From Amoeboradix gromovi X-113 (taxonomy: Eukaryota > Fungi > Sanchytriomycota), in the NCBI GenBank assembly GCA_018985225.1, contig JADGIF010000134.1:1-18060 (forward strand): a DNA stretch of 18,060 bases. Reading direction: 5' to 3'. Positions within the stretch are counted from its first letter, which is position 1. Each line of letters starts with the position of its first letter. A program made the position numbers and the translations under genes. The notes beneath the pieces are model-generated. The model was not told the DNA's origin. It did no database searches and worked only from the letters and a program-made list of their open reading frames with translations. Below, piece by piece: positions 17,581-18,060 of this stretch.

Positions 17581-18060
17581 GAGACACACTTTATGAAAAA
17601 GACCCCAACCAATCGTCAGGTATTCTCCGTCTAGTGTCCTCATAATACTTTTCAATCCCACGCTTTAGAATATATTTGCTGCTTCCTACATCCTTTTCAG
17701 TATAGCAAGCTCTGTCAGCTCTTGAGCAGTTGGTACAAACTCTCAATCGATAACGTCCAAAGGGAATTGGTTCTATTGTATAATCGTGTTCACATATCAT
17801 ACACGTTTTTGAAGTGTTTGTGTTCATTAGTCATCACAACTTCTATTCCTCCATTACACTTGATCAACATTTCTCTTATTTGGTGACAAGAACTAGTTGG
17901 GTTACCAGAAAATGTATGACTAAAACCACCATTTCCCCAATAAATCAATACCTTCTTATTCACCCTATTTTGTTTCTTCAATGTCTTCTTTCTCGTTTTA
18001 GCATTCTTTCTAAATAAATCATCCGCTTCAATTTGATCTTCAACCACACTACTTGGATAG
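17581..18060 (-). pseudogene. Frameshifted Fanzor1-like nuclease (C-terminal part; open to window edge) with putative right terminus at 17581
   Basis: KKVLIYWGNGGF...IREMLIK...VVMTNEH joins NTSKTCMICE...YRLRVCTNC...EKDVGSSKYILKRG if one base of the T-run at 17817-17819 is removed. GTGTCTC|ATTT ends 10 nt after the stop and resembles GTGTCCC|ATTT at 1803. Confidence 0.8.

Overview
AT-rich, very compact eukaryotic DNA, most likely from an early-diverging fungus (inferred from a Ste12 with C2H2 fingers, a Cdc12 septin, Bem1, Acl4, Yar1 and Tim9). It holds about 13 host genes: mitochondrial bL27, a Cys-rich GPI-like protein, septin Cdc12 with a 19-nt intron, Ste12, Sed5, a tyrosinase-like protein, a 4-TM protein, Tim9, Acl4, Yar1, a Bem1-like protein, Esf2 and Mod5. 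Some are only 1-40 bp apart. Most of the larger intergenic gaps are filled with decayed Fanzor (eukaryotic TnpB) elements of two kinds. (i) A Fanzor1-like family with 30-bp GGGAC...GTCCC terminal inverted repeats (TIRs). It survives as ~440-bp non-autonomous copies that keep the ORF 3' end, plus one larger frameshifted relative at the right edge. (ii) A Fanzor2/IS607-TnpB-like family with a conserved ~110-nt structured 3' tail (omegaRNA candidate) found four times. The most striking pattern is that all four Fanzor1-type right ends sit inside Fanzor2-like ORFs, in the same orientation and at different positions. Their predicted guides would therefore come from the rival element. All assignments are by-eye motif recognition; no searches were run.
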